Shown piece after piece: positions 1 to 10,482 of a DNA stretch of 64,000 nt; position 1 is the first letter of the stretch, and the number at the start of each line of letters is the position of its first letter. Under the pieces are notes generated by a model. It made no database searches. It saw only the letters and a program-made list of their open reading frames with translations, and had not been told where the DNA came from. Origin of the DNA: an uncultured Methylomirabilota bacterium (GTDB lineage Bacteria > Methylomirabilota > Methylomirabilia > Methylomirabilales > 2-02-FULL-66-22); contig CAWJSJ010000002.1 of assembly GCA_963845565.1 (NCBI GenBank), positions 2,240,001 to 2,304,000 of the forward strand, read 5' to 3'. Position numbers and translations under genes: made by a program.

Positions 1-72
1 CTGTGTTACAGTCTCGCGGTTTCTTTGCCTGAAACGGTGCCCGGGAACATTTTCTGGCAGGAGGATGGACGC

Positions 73-1233
73 GTGGCGTTGAAACAGTTTCTCTTCACGT
101 CGGAGTCGGTGACCGAGGGGCATCCCGACAAGATTGCGGATCAGATCTCCGATGGGGTGCTGGATGCCGTGTTCAGCCAGGATCCCTATGGCCGGGTGGC
201 CTGTGAGACGCTGGTGACCACCGGGCTGGCCTTCGTGGCGGGCGAGATCACCACCCGCTGCTATGTGGACATTCCCAAGGTGACCCGCGAGGTCATCCGG
301 GACGTGGGCTACACGCGGGCGAAGTACGGTTTCGACTTCGAGACCTGCTCCGTCATCACCGCCATCCAGGAACAATCCTCGGACATCGCACTGGGGGTGG
401 ACATCCAGGGAGCGGGCGACCAGGGACTGATGTTCGGATACGCCACCACGGAGACGCCCGAACTGATGCCCATGCCCATCCTGCTGGCGCACAAGCTGTG
501 CATGCGCCTGACCGAAGTCCGGCGCAAGGAGATCCTGGATTACCTGCGGCCGGACGGGAAGTCGCAGGTGACCATCGAGTACGTCGATGGCAAGCCGGTC
601 CGGGTGGACACGGTGGTAATCTCGACGCAGCACAGCCCCGAGGTGACGCTGAAGCAGATCCGCGAGGACGTGATCGATACCGTCATCCTTCCCATCATCC
701 CCAAGGAACTGCTCAATCCCGAGAAGATCACGTACCACATCAATCCTACCGGTCGGTTCGTCATCGGCGGACCGCACGGGGACACCGGCCTCACCGGTCG
801 AAAGATCATCGTGGACACCTATGGCGGCGTGGGACGGCACGGTGGTGGCGCGTTCTCGGGCAAGGACCCGACGAAGGTGGACCGCTCCGCCTCTTACATG
901 GCCCGCTATATCGCCAAGAACCTGGTGGCGGCCGGTCTCTGCGAAAAGTGTGAAGTCCAACTCGCCTACGCCATCGGCGTGGCCGAGCCGGTCTCCGTCA
1001 TGGTGGACAGCAGCGGCACCGGCCGGATCCCGGACGAGGAGATGCAGAAGCTGGTACGCAAGCACTTCGAGTTGACGCCGGCTGGGATCATCAAGTCGCT
1101 CGATTTGCGCCGGCCCATCTATCGCAAGACGGCCGCCTACGGCCATTTCGGGCGTCCCGACCCGGACTTCACCTGGGAGAAGACGGACAAGGCGGAGGCG
1201 CTGAAGAAGGACGCGGGTAAGCTGGGCGCCTAG
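73..1233 (+). CDS. metK: S-adenosylmethionine synthetase
   Basis: [35 protein letters not shown] motifs; GTG start at 73 behind GGAGGA. Confidence 0.98.
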   Translation: MALKQFLFTSESVTEGHPDKIADQISDGVLDAVFSQDPYGRVACETLVTTGLAFVAGEITTRCYVDIPKVTREVIRDVGYTRAKYGFDFETCSVITAIQEQSSDIALGVDIQGAGDQGLMFGYATTETPELMPMPILLAHKLCMRLTEVRRKEILDYLRPDGKSQVTIEYVDGKPVRVDTVVISTQHSPEVTLKQIREDVIDTVILPIIPKELLNPEKITYHINPTGRFVIGGPHGDTGLTGRKIIVDTYGGVGRHGGGAFSGKDPTKVDRSASYMARYIAKNLVAAGLCEKCEVQLAYAIGVAEPVSVMVDSSGTGRIPDEEMQKLVRKHFELTPAGIIKSLDLRRPIYRKTAAYGHFGRPDPDFTWEKTDKAEALKKDAGKLGA

Positions 1234-1235
1234 AC

Positions 1236-1355
1236 GGCTGCTGAAAACGGCCCATCTGCGGCGTTGGTCGGCTCGGCACTCGCTGCGACGTACCTCTAGT
1301 ACGTCTCGCTCGGCCTACGCCAAACCGCCTTGCATCTGGACCTTTTTGAGCAGCC
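1236..1355. mobile_element. MITE-like element with imperfect terminal inverted repeats
   Basis: Left end GGCTGCTGAAAACGGCCCATCTGC vs reverse complement of right end GGCTGCTCAAAAAGGTCCAGATGC; internal hairpin GACGTAC-CTCTA-GTACGTC (1287-1305); starts 2 nt after the metK stop. Confidence 0.6.
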
Positions 1356-1489
1356 TGAGCGGAAGGGCACACGTCACCTGGCGAGGTGAAAGAGCGGGGA
1401 TCGGGACGTGGCGGGGGTGGAACCAACCGGGCCCGCACGGATCGAGAGTCAGGGCCAGGGGCGGGAACGACCCCTGGCCCTTGGCATGA

Positions 1490-2758
<1,269 letters not shown>

Positions 2759-2767
2759 GGCGGAGTG

Positions 2768-2895
2768 CGGGAGCCAACCGGTCAATGCGTCGGCTCGTCA
2801 ACTGGCTCTGCCGATTTCTCCAAATTGACCGATTGACCCATCGACGAATTGACTCGTGAGTGCCGGGTGCCGAACGGACGAGCCGAAAGCCGTGA
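2768..2895. repeat. Degenerate octamer inverted tandem array followed by short 7/8-mer run
   Basis: CGGTCAAT/TCGTCAAC arm versus AATTGACC GATTGACC CATCGACG AATTGACT arm. Confidence 0.55.
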
Positions 2896-2933
2896 TGAAC
2901 TGACGGCGAGCGGGTGATGGTTGAAGGTGATAC

Positions 2934-2975
2934 GAGGGCCGGGAGGCGTACGCGCTTTCCCGGCCCTCATTTTTT
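2934..2975 (+). terminator. Rho-independent terminator of metK-ahcY
   Basis: GAGGGCCGGGA...TCCCGGCCCTC stem followed by ATTTTTT. Confidence 0.8.
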
Positions 2976-3025
2976 GGCTCTCTCAGGACGTGGCCAACCA
3001 CATCGTGAGGAATGGAGACTGTCCA

Positions 3026-3292
3026 ATGCCTGAAGCCGCACGCCAGAGGGTGCTCGCAGCCGCCCTTGAGGTCGTCGAGAACCAATTGCGTGACGACGAC
3101 CCACCAGAGACCCGGGAGACCCTTGATCGGTTGGTAGAGGAGGGCCACACGGAAGCCGAGGCGAAACGACTCATTGCGGCCGTTGTCCTGGCCGAGATCG
3201 GGGAGATCCTCCGGACCAACGCCCCATTCGACCATACTCGCTTTGTCATCGCCCTCGACCGCTTGCCTGCCTTGTTTGACGGCGAAAACTGA
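3026..3292 (+). CDS. Small all-helical conserved hypothetical protein (88 aa, DUF1841-like)
   Basis: ATG at 3026 with GGAG upstream; EVVENQLRDDDPPETRETLDRL pattern resembles a recurring hypothetical family (from memory). Confidence 0.7.
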   Translation: MPEAARQRVLAAALEVVENQLRDDDPPETRETLDRLVEEGHTEAEAKRLIAAVVLAEIGEILRTNAPFDHTRFVIALDRLPALFDGEN

Positions 3293-3299
3293 ACGTGAT

Positions 3300-3420
3300 C
3301 TGGGTTGGGAGATTTGGCAGACACCGTCTGCCAAATTGGAGGCCCGAGCAAGATACCCGACGCTGTCGGGCAAATCAGAAGTCGGGAAACGGCAAGCGCC
3401 GTCTGCCGAATCCGTCTGCT
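3300..3420 (+). pseudogene. Fragment resembling the palindromic repeat segment of DUF1016/YhcG-family genes
   Basis: Three degenerate palindromes (best: ATTTGGCAGAC-ACC-GTCTGCCAAAT, 3312-3336) reading GWEIWQTPSAKLEARARYPTLSGKSEVGKRQAPSAES. Confidence 0.45.
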
Positions 3421-3490
3421 CCAGCGAATCGACAAGAACCTGGCCTTGCGCTAGAGAAGCGGAAGGGGAAACGGGGGGTCGCGGAGGAAC

Positions 3491-4567
3491 TCAGCCTCGC
3501 AGTCGCCAGAGGGACGCGAGACTGGCGAAGGTGAAGACCGCGTTGGGAAGCCAGGCGGCGACGAGCGGCGGGAGGGCACCGCCCCGGCCGAGCGAGATCC
3601 CCAGGACCAGTACCACGTAATAGACAAACCCCATCGGGATGCATGCGGCCACCCAGATCATGACGCCCGCGCGACCGGTCCGGAGACCGAAGCTCGCTCC
3701 GAGCACCGCCATGATCAGGCTGACCAACGTCGTCGAGACCTTGGCGTGCAGATCCACCATATACCTGGTCGCGCTCACGCCGCTCTTCACCAGCCGGTCG
3801 ATGTACTCCCGGAGCTGGACGTAGCTCATCTCCTCCGGGGAGCGGGCCACTCGGGCAAACTCCTGGGGCAGCTCCTTCAACCGTACCGCCAGCTCCTTGA
3901 ACGGCGTGATCCGGATCGGATTGACGTCGAGTTCCATTTGGTAGCCGTTCCTGACAGTCCAGCCTGTCGGGCTCCAGGTGGCTTCGCTGGCGTCGATGCG
4001 CCGCAGGAGGTTGAAATCGGGCGACAATTCGAAGACGCTCATTCCGCGGATCAGTCCGGACTGGGTTTCGATCAGCGAGATGTGGACAAAGCGGTCATCC
4101 TGCGCCCGGTACCAGATATCGCTGTCGCGCGTGATACGGTGGGCCGGCAGTCGGCGGACCTGCGTGCGTTCGATGTTGAGGGCACGCTCGCTGGCTGGGG
4201 GCGCGATGTACTCCACGGTGATCCAGGCGAAGAGGCTCGCCGCCAGCCCCACGCCGATACACGGCAGGGCGATCCGAAGAGACCCGAGGTGGCCCATTTT
4301 CATGGCCAGGACCTCGTTGTTCTTCGCCAGGCCGCCGACGCCGAGGAGGCACGCCAGGAGAACGGCGACCGGTAGCGTTTCGACGAGGATCTTGGGAAGG
4401 CGGAAGAGGTAATAGCGAACGATCAGCCCCGGGCTCACCTGCGCCTCGAGGAAGCGTGCGAGCTTCTCGAAGAGGTCCACCACGACGTATACGCCGACGA
4501 AGACGACGAGGCACAGCCCGAGAAGCTTCGCGCATTCGCGGGCGATATATCGATCCAGCAGGAGCAT
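3491..4567 (-). CDS. lptG: LPS export ABC transporter permease LptG
   Basis: LDRYI N-terminus, NEVLAMK, PEEMSYVQL, AWLPN; YjgP/YjgQ topology; downstream of lptF. Confidence 0.9.
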   Translation of the reverse strand: MLLLDRYIARECAKLLGLCLVVFVGVYVVVDLFEKLARFLEAQVSPGLIVRYYLFRLPKILVETLPVAVLLACLLGVGGLAKNNEVLAMKMGHLGSLRIALPCIGVGLAASLFAWITVEYIAPPASERALNIERTQVRRLPAHRITRDSDIWYRAQDDRFVHISLIETQSGLIRGMSVFELSPDFNLLRRIDASEATWSPTGWTVRNGYQMELDVNPIRITPFKELAVRLKELPQEFARVARSPEEMSYVQLREYIDRLVKSGVSATRYMVDLHAKVSTTLVSLIMAVLGASFGLRTGRAGVMIWVAACIPMGFVYYVVLVLGISLGRGGALPPLVAAWLPNAVFTFASLASLWRLRG

Positions 4568-4571
4568 TCCG

Positions 4572-5741
4572 TTACCCTCGAGTCTGGCCGGGAGCCCGGC
4601 GGGTTCGCGCCAGCCGCCACGCCTGGGCGAGCGTCGCCGGATGGAGTTCGGCCCGGAGAAAGAGGATGAATCCCCCCGTGGCGATCAAGAGATTCGGAAG
4701 CCACATCGCCAGCACTTCGGGTAGCTTCCCACGGTTGCCCAGACCCTCGCCGCCGACGATCAGAACGTAGTACCCCAGGGCGAGAGCGACGGAGATGGCG
4801 AAACTGACGCCGCGCCCTCCGCGCCGAATCCGGCTGGCCAACGGGATCCCCATGATGCTGAAGAGCACGCACGAGAATGGAATCGCCAGCTTTTTGTGAA
4901 ACTCCACCATCGGGGGATGATCGTTCTTTCCCTCCGCCCGAAGCGCCGTCGCGCGCTCCCGCAGCTCAGTCAAGGTCAGCTCCTGCTCGCCGAGCGGTCG
5001 CTGCATGGGGCCGGCGAATGACCGGCCGGCGTCCAGCGTCACCGCGTAGTTCTGGAAGGTGATGAGCCGGTAACGGCCGGATAACTCGGCTCCGGACAGA
5101 TGGATGGAACCCTGTCGCAGCGTCAGGCCCATCCGGAGTTGCTGGGGATCCGAGTCGAAACGACCGCTTTGGGCCACGATGACCCGACGTTCCGCCGGAT
5201 TGCGGCTGTCCACCAGGAAGACCCCTTCCATCTCCGAGGTGCGGGGGTCCAGGTGCTCGACGTAGAGGATCAAGCCGTCAAAGGCGCTGTTGAACACCCC
5301 CTCCTGAATGCCGACGGCGACCTGACGGCGGGCCATGTCGAACACCAGGTTCTTGAAGGCCTGATTGCTATTCGGCAGGATCCAGATGGTGATCATCAGG
5401 GTGAGCGAGGTGGTAGCCATGCCAAAAAGCAAGGCCGGCAGTGCGAGGCGGGTGAGGCTGATCCCCGCGCCGCGGAGCCCCAGGAGTTCGCCGTCGGTGC
5501 TGAGGCGCGTGAATGTCGCCAGGGCGGCCAGCATGGCGGACATGGGGATGGTGACGACCAGGGAGTAGGGGAGCACATACAGAAAGAGTTGGAGCACCGT
5601 GAAAACCCCAACCCCCTTGTTGACAATCAGCTCGACCAGGCGGAGGATCTTATTGGTGAGGAGGACGAAGGTGAAGACCATGAGGCCGAGCAGGAAGGCC
5701 GTGGTCATTTCCTTCAGGATGGCGCGATCCAGGAGCCGCAT
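4572..5741 (-). CDS. lptF: LPS export ABC transporter permease LptF
   Basis: RLSTDGEL, EGVFN, EFHKKLAIP, MWLPN motifs. Confidence 0.9.
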   Translation of the reverse strand: MRLLDRAILKEMTTAFLLGLMVFTFVLLTNKILRLVELIVNKGVGVFTVLQLFLYVLPYSLVVTIPMSAMLAALATFTRLSTDGELLGLRGAGISLTRLALPALLFGMATTSLTLMITIWILPNSNQAFKNLVFDMARRQVAVGIQEGVFNSAFDGLILYVEHLDPRTSEMEGVFLVDSRNPAERRVIVAQSGRFDSDPQQLRMGLTLRQGSIHLSGAELSGRYRLITFQNYAVTLDAGRSFAGPMQRPLGEQELTLTELRERATALRAEGKNDHPPMVEFHKKLAIPFSCVLFSIMGIPLASRIRRGGRGVSFAISVALALGYYVLIVGGEGLGNRGKLPEVLAMWLPNLLIATGGFILFLRAELHPATLAQAWRLARTRRAPGQTRG

Positions 5742-5821
5742 GAATGGCCTCACCGTACCCTCAATCTGAACCGGGTGATTTTACTCCAACGAGCGAGGGC
5801 GACCTAGCGGTTTTTCCTCCC

Positions 5822-8368
5822 ATGGCGCCCGCGCAACCGGCAGACCCGGACCGGGCCAGGTCATTCTGCGCACGTCCGATTGTGCCCCTGGCGGTGGCGT
5901 TCGGTCTGGGGATCGCGCTGGCGCCGGCGTTGCCGCTCGGGTCGGTCGGGTGGGCCGCTGCGGCGCTCGTCGGGCTCTTTCTCGGTGCGATCGGGCCGTG
6001 GGCCGGGGCGCGCCATCTCCGGTGGCCGGGGCTCGTGGCAGGGTTCCTCTGTCTGGGGGCGCAGGCCATGGTCGTCGCTCTGCGCGAGGCGCCCCCGCAT
6101 CACCTCAGCCGCCTGCCCGAGGCCGCGCTGGGCGCCCCGATCCCGCTGGAAGGATGGGTGGCGGTCCCCCCAGACCCGCAACCCGCCGAACTCCGCGACG
6201 CCGGCGATGCACTGCGGACGCGCTTCGTGGTCGAGGTGACGCACCTCACCCTGGGGGATCGCCGTGTGTCGGCGACAGGGCGGGCGCGCCTGACGGTGCT
6301 GGGTCCGGCGCCCGATCTCCGATACGGCGACGAGGTGCGCGGCCACGTCCGGCTTCGACATCCCCGCCGCTTTGACAATCCCGGCGCCTTCGATTATCCA
6401 GCCTATCTGGCGAGCCAGGGGATCTTTCTCGAAGGCTGGACGCAGGAGCCTGTGGAGGCGCTCGCGACCCCCCACGGCTCCCGCATCCTCGCCGCCGTGT
6501 TTCGGGTGCGGGCGCTGCTCCTCCAGCGGATTGACGCCGCCATGCCTGCGGCGGAGGCGGGACTCCTCAAGGCCACCGTGCTGGGCGACCGATCGGGGCT
6601 CACACCCGAGATGAATCGGGCCTTCCTGGACTCGGGCACCTTCCACATCCTCGCCATCTCCGGCTTGAACGTCAGTCTCTTGGCCGGCGGCCTCTTTGCG
6701 ATGTTGCGGCTGGCGCGGGCCTCGCCGCGGCTGGCGGCGTGCGCCTCGGCGATCCTGGTCACCTTCTACGCGGCGTTGGCCGGGGCCAGTGCGTCGGTGA
6801 TCCGCGCCGCGGTGATGGCGGACGTCTACTTGCTGGCGATCGTCCTGGATCGGCGCGCGGACCTCTTGAACAGTCTGGCGCTTTCGGCGCTGGCCATTCT
6901 CTGGTGGAATCCCCGGTTTCTCCAGGATGTGGGCTTCCAACTCACCTTTTTGGCGACGCTCGGGATCATCCTCGTCGTGCCCCGGTGCGAGCGAGGGCTG
7001 GCCTCGGTGTGGCGGCCGCTCCGGTGGGTGATCGAATCGGTCGCCATCACGGTCGCGGCGACGGCGATCACCCTGCCGATCCTGGCGGCGACCTTCAACC
7101 GTGTCTCCCCCGTAGGTCTCCTGGCCAATATCCCCATCGTTCCCTTGAGCGGCCTGATCACGGGTCTGGGGACCGCCGCCTGCGCCTTGTTCCTGCTGAT
7201 ACCGGGGGGGGTCACGGGGCTCAACCAGGTCAACGGATGGCTGGTGGACCTCCTCTTTGGGCTGGCCCGGTGGTTCGCCGACTGGCCCTGGAGCAGCGTG
7301 CGGGTGTTTACCCCGACCGGCGCCATGCTGGTCACGTACTATGCCGCCGTGGCCATGCTCCTCTGGGCGTTTCCGGTCGTCCCGGCGATGGGGGGCCGTG
7401 GGCGGTCACGCCGGTGGGCCGCCTGGGGGGCGGTTGCCTGCTGTCTCGGCCTCGGGGGAGAGGCGCTGTGGCTGTTGTATCCGCCCGAGAAGGGTGCCGC
7501 GGTGCGCGTGACCTTCCTGGACGTCGGCCAGGGAGAGGCGATTTTCCTGGAGGCCCCCGGACAGGGGCGCATGTTGGTCGATGCGGGCGGCACGCAGGGC
7601 GGCGGGTTCGACATTGGACAGCACGTGATCGTGCCCTTCCTGTGGCACGAATGGGTGCGTCATCTCGACGTCCTGGCCCTGACGCATCCACAGTCCGATC
7701 ACATCGGCGGTGCGCCGACGATCCTTCGCATGGTGTCCGTGGGCGAGGTCTGGACCGGAGCCGGGCCGGCGCTTTCGCCGACCGACCTATGGATCCAGGA
7801 GTACCTCCGACGGCGGCGCATCCCGCACCGGGTGGTGGTGGCGGGCGATGCACCTTTTCGGATGGGGGAAGCCGTCATCGAGGCGCTGCATCCCGATGCG
7901 GGGAGCATGGCGGCGACGGGGGGTGCGGGACGGGCACCGCGGCCCAACGACCGATCGTTGGTCCTCCGCGTGCGTCTGGAGGATCAGGCGGTTCTGCTCA
8001 CCGGGGACCTCGAGCGGGACGGCGAGGCGGCGCTCCTACACTCCGGTGTCGCGCTCGGCGCGCAGGTGATCAAGGTTCCGCACCACGGGTCTCGCCAGTC
8101 CAGCACCGAGGCATTTCTCCGGGCCGTCGGGGCGCAGACGGCCGTGCTCTCGGTCGGGCACCGCAATCCCTTCCGGCACCCGCATCCGGAGATCCTGGCG
8201 AGGTATCACGCGCTGGGGATCCGCCTGTGGCGAACGGATCGGAACGGAGCGGTCGGCGTGGAAATGCGGCCTGGAAACACGCGCGTGTGGGGACGGCGCG
8301 GGGAGAGCCACGAGCCACGAGCCGAGAGCCGCGACGTAACGATAGGTAGCCCAGGGGAGGCACCGTGA
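5822..8368 (+). CDS. comEC: DNA internalization competence protein ComEC/Rec2
   Basis: NPGAFDY, HILAISGLN, GFQLTF, LDVGQG, THPQSDHIGG, KVPHHGS; start codon uncertain (5744-5882). Confidence 0.93.
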   Translation: MAPAQPADPDRARSFCARPIVPLAVAFGLGIALAPALPLGSVGWAAAALVGLFLGAIGPWAGARHLRWPGLVAGFLCLGAQAMVVALREAPPHHLSRLPEAALGAPIPLEGWVAVPPDPQPAELRDAGDALRTRFVVEVTHLTLGDRRVSATGRARLTVLGPAPDLRYGDEVRGHVRLRHPRRFDNPGAFDYPAYLASQGIFLEGWTQEPVEALATPHGSRILAAVFRVRALLLQRIDAAMPAAEAGLLKATVLGDRSGLTPEMNRAFLDSGTFHILAISGLNVSLLAGGLFAMLRLARASPRLAACASAILVTFYAALAGASASVIRAAVMADVYLLAIVLDRRADLLNSLALSALAILWWNPRFLQDVGFQLTFLATLGIILVVPRCERGLASVWRPLRWVIESVAITVAATAITLPILAATFNRVSPVGLLANIPIVPLSGLITGLGTAACALFLLIPGGVTGLNQVNGWLVDLLFGLARWFADWPWSSVRVFTPTGAMLVTYYAAVAMLLWAFPVVPAMGGRGRSRRWAAWGAVACCLGLGGEALWLLYPPEKGAAVRVTFLDVGQGEAIFLEAPGQGRMLVDAGGTQGGGFDIGQHVIVPFLWHEWVRHLDVLALTHPQSDHIGGAPTILRMVSVGEVWTGAGPALSPTDLWIQEYLRRRRIPHRVVVAGDAPFRMGEAVIEALHPDAGSMAATGGAGRAPRPNDRSLVLRVRLEDQAVLLTGDLERDGEAALLHSGVALGAQVIKVPHHGSRQSSTEAFLRAVGAQTAVLSVGHRNPFRHPHPEILARYHALGIRLWRTDRNGAVGVEMRPGNTRVWGRRGESHEPRAESRDVTIGSPGEAP

Positions 8369-8386
8369 ACAACGGTCGCCGCGACG

Positions 8387-8491
8387 TTAGGAGCCGTTAC
8401 GAAATAACATGTCCATATTCTGTAATTTCGTTACGGCTCCCTATGCCGTTCCGAAATTTCTCCGCTCAAGTTATTCTTTGACAACGGCTTA
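8387..8491. repeat. 105-bp AT-rich double inverted-repeat element, copy 1
   Basis: About 90% identical by eye to the reverse complement of 59096-59200; unit 1 GGAGCCGTTACGAAAT...ATTTCGTTACGGCTCC, unit 2 GCCGTT...AACGGC. Confidence 0.9.
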
Positions 8492-8989
8492 GTGGAAAAT
8501 CTCTTCGTGGATCTGCCAGCCCATGGGTCCGCGCTTCAAGCGCCAGGTGACCTCGTTCCTGACGATGTTCTGCCGTGCTTCTTTCCTCCCGGCTTCCACC
8601 GCGACGATCAGTTCGGTCTCGGCTTCGACCACGGCCCGATCTCCCTGGAGGGTCAAGCGGAACTCCTTCACGTCCATCGCGATTTCCTTGACCGCGCGAA
8701 ACGTCTGGGTGTACGCCTGGCGGAGTTCCGGTTTTCCGATGCGGGCGGCGGAGCGGTCGGTGGCCACTCCAAGATACCGGTTGAAGTTCCCGATATAGGC
8801 GTCGTCGGCGTACGCCGACATGACGGCCTCGACGGACCTGGCCTTGATCCCGTCCGAGATCCTCGTCAAGGTGGCCACCACCAATGCCTCGTCGTTGTTC
8901 TTGGGTTTGTAGGATTGGAGCGACGTACCCCCGCATCCGGCGAGGAGCAGCACGAGTGAGAGAGTGAGCACCGCCTGTCGGACCTTCAC
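8489..8989 (-). CDS. NTF2/SnoaL-like fold lipoprotein
   Basis: GTG start behind AGGAGG; lipobox LAGC; AYADDA and C-terminal WRLKRGPMGWQIHEE typical of NTF2-like folds. Confidence 0.75.
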   Translation of the reverse strand: MKVRQAVLTLSLVLLLAGCGGTSLQSYKPKNNDEALVVATLTRISDGIKARSVEAVMSAYADDAYIGNFNRYLGVATDRSAARIGKPELRQAYTQTFRAVKEIAMDVKEFRLTLQGDRAVVEAETELIVAVEAGRKEARQNIVRNEVTWRLKRGPMGWQIHEEIFH

Positions 8990-9000
8990 GAATCGCCTCC

Positions 9001-9186
9001 TTACGGCTTGACGATGAACCGCACCACGCAGCTGGCACACCGCTGCAGGTGTGTGACCAGCTCGGGATTCCTGCCCGGCTTCCCCGGCGCCATCAGGGGC
9101 AACGACTGATACGCGGCGGGGATCGGCATCCAATCCACCCGGTGACCCGGAATGGTGGGACAGTGAATGGTGTACCAGTTCGGCAT
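9001..9186 (-). CDS. 61-aa hypothetical protein with HxxxCxxC motif
   Basis: GGAGGG RBS; its TAA stop overlaps the RBS of the next gene; HLQRCASC near the C-terminus. Confidence 0.6.
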   Translation of the reverse strand: MPNWYTIHCPTIPGHRVDWMPIPAAYQSLPLMAPGKPGRNPELVTHLQRCASCVVRFIVKP

Positions 9187-9242
9187 GGCGTACGCCCCTC
9201 CGTTGTTTCCCGGGACCGTTATACGCGAAGAGTGCCGGGTTT

Positions 9243-9395
9243 GGCAAGCGGGCGATTGGGCGACTGGGCAACTGGGTGCCTGGGCAATCGAGCAATTGGG
9301 CGACTGGGCAATTGGGGGAGCAGGGCAGTGCGATTCGCTCCTTCTCTCAGTTGCCAAATCTCCCAGTCGCCCAATTGCCAAGTTGCCTAATCGCC
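9243..9395. repeat. Octamer inverted tandem array (GGCAATTG-like)
   Basis: 9 units of the GGCRAYTG type (9243-9314), a 33-nt spacer, then 6 complementary CARTYGCC-type units (9348-9395). Confidence 0.85.
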
Positions 9396-9400
9396 GGTTC

Positions 9401-10252
9401 TTACCGCAACACGAGACCCACCCCGATCAGGGTGAGCGCCGCGCCCGCGATGGCGTTCCAGGTGAGGGGCTCGCCCACCAAGAGCCAGGCGAGCAGGATG
9501 CCCAGCGTGACTTCCTGGGTCGCGATCAGGTTGGGGAGGCTGGGATGCAATCGCCGGATCGCCGCATTGTAGAGCGTATGGCCGAGCGCGGACGGTACCA
9601 GGGCCATGGCGCACACGGCGACGAGGGCATGGCCGGGAAGGGTGGGTCGGATCAGGCTGGCGGCGAAGGGGCTGGTGACCAGGCCGGCGACGAGGTACAC
9701 GCCCGCGGCGTACGTGAGGAGGGGGAGGCGACCGCGCTCGCGCCGGCCGAGGAGCGAGTACAGGGCGAAGGTGACCGCGGCGACGACGGCCAGCGCGTCG
9801 CCCACCAGCATCCGCCGATCGAGTCGCGGCTCGAAGCCGGCCAGGACGCCGACCCCGATCAGGGCGACGGCGGCACCCGGGAGCGTCCGGCGGGGAAGGG
9901 GTTCTTTCAACACGAGCCACGAGAGGGCGGCGATGAACAAGGGGGCGGTGTAGGTCAGCGTGAGGGTATGCGCCACCGTTGTGTAATATAGGGAGGCAAT
10001 GAAGCTCAGGAAATGCCCGGCTGCGACGAGCCCGATGGGGGCGAGGCGGGCCCACTCGGCCGCGGCCAGCCTCAATCGCTCTCCGGCCGTCCGGGCGGCC
10101 GCGCCGACGAACACGGCGGCAAGGAGCAGGCGGAGGCTGGTCACCTCTACGGGCGAGAGGTCGCCGGCCCACCGGACCAGAACGGCGCCCGTGGAGAAAC
10201 AGAGGGTGGCGGCAACTGCCTGGGCGACACCGACCCATTCGTCGTGTATCAT
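9401..10252 (-). CDS. DMT/EamA family transporter
   Basis: Two EamA-like repeats, about 10 TM helices, YTAPLF, LKE, GE motifs; alternative start at 10270. Confidence 0.9.
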   Translation of the reverse strand: MIHDEWVGVAQAVAATLCFSTGAVLVRWAGDLSPVEVTSLRLLLAAVFVGAAARTAGERLRLAAAEWARLAPIGLVAAGHFLSFIASLYYTTVAHTLTLTYTAPLFIAALSWLVLKEPLPRRTLPGAAVALIGVGVLAGFEPRLDRRMLVGDALAVVAAVTFALYSLLGRRERGRLPLLTYAAGVYLVAGLVTSPFAASLIRPTLPGHALVAVCAMALVPSALGHTLYNAAIRRLHPSLPNLIATQEVTLGILLAWLLVGEPLTWNAIAGAALTLIGVGLVLR

Positions 10253-10273
10253 GACGCCGGACGCTAACATATG

Positions 10274-10350
10274 GAGAGCCGAGAGCCAAGAACCGAAAAT
10301 GACGAGCCGCGAGCCGCGAGCGACGGGCCAGGAGCCGAGAGGGGAGCGAT
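10274..10350. repeat. Degenerate heptamer tandem array (GAGAGCC/GCGAGCC)
   Basis: About 10 consecutive 7-nt units between the divergent eamA and xseA genes. Confidence 0.75.
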
Positions 10351-10445
10351 AAGAGATTGGGCGCGAACGCGAAATCCGGCAGGGGCGGTGCCGCATCCCG
10401 CTGTCGGATGCCGCTGTCGTTGGTCGTCGCCAGGCCAGGAAGCGT

Positions 10446-10475
10446 TTGACAAGCCGGAAGATCGCATGCTACAAG
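10446..10475 (+). promoter_or_regulatory. sigma70-type promoter of the xseA operon (probably leaderless)
   Basis: TTGACA-18nt-TACAAG with TGn extension; ATG 7 nt downstream. Confidence 0.6.
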
Positions 10476-10482
10476 GACCCGC

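Noticed and set aside
9243..9395. Possible CRISPR array (also considered 27646-27739 and 3300-3420)
   Set aside because: Units are 8 nt and contiguous, or too degenerate; no 25-40 nt repeats with unique spacers and no cas genes
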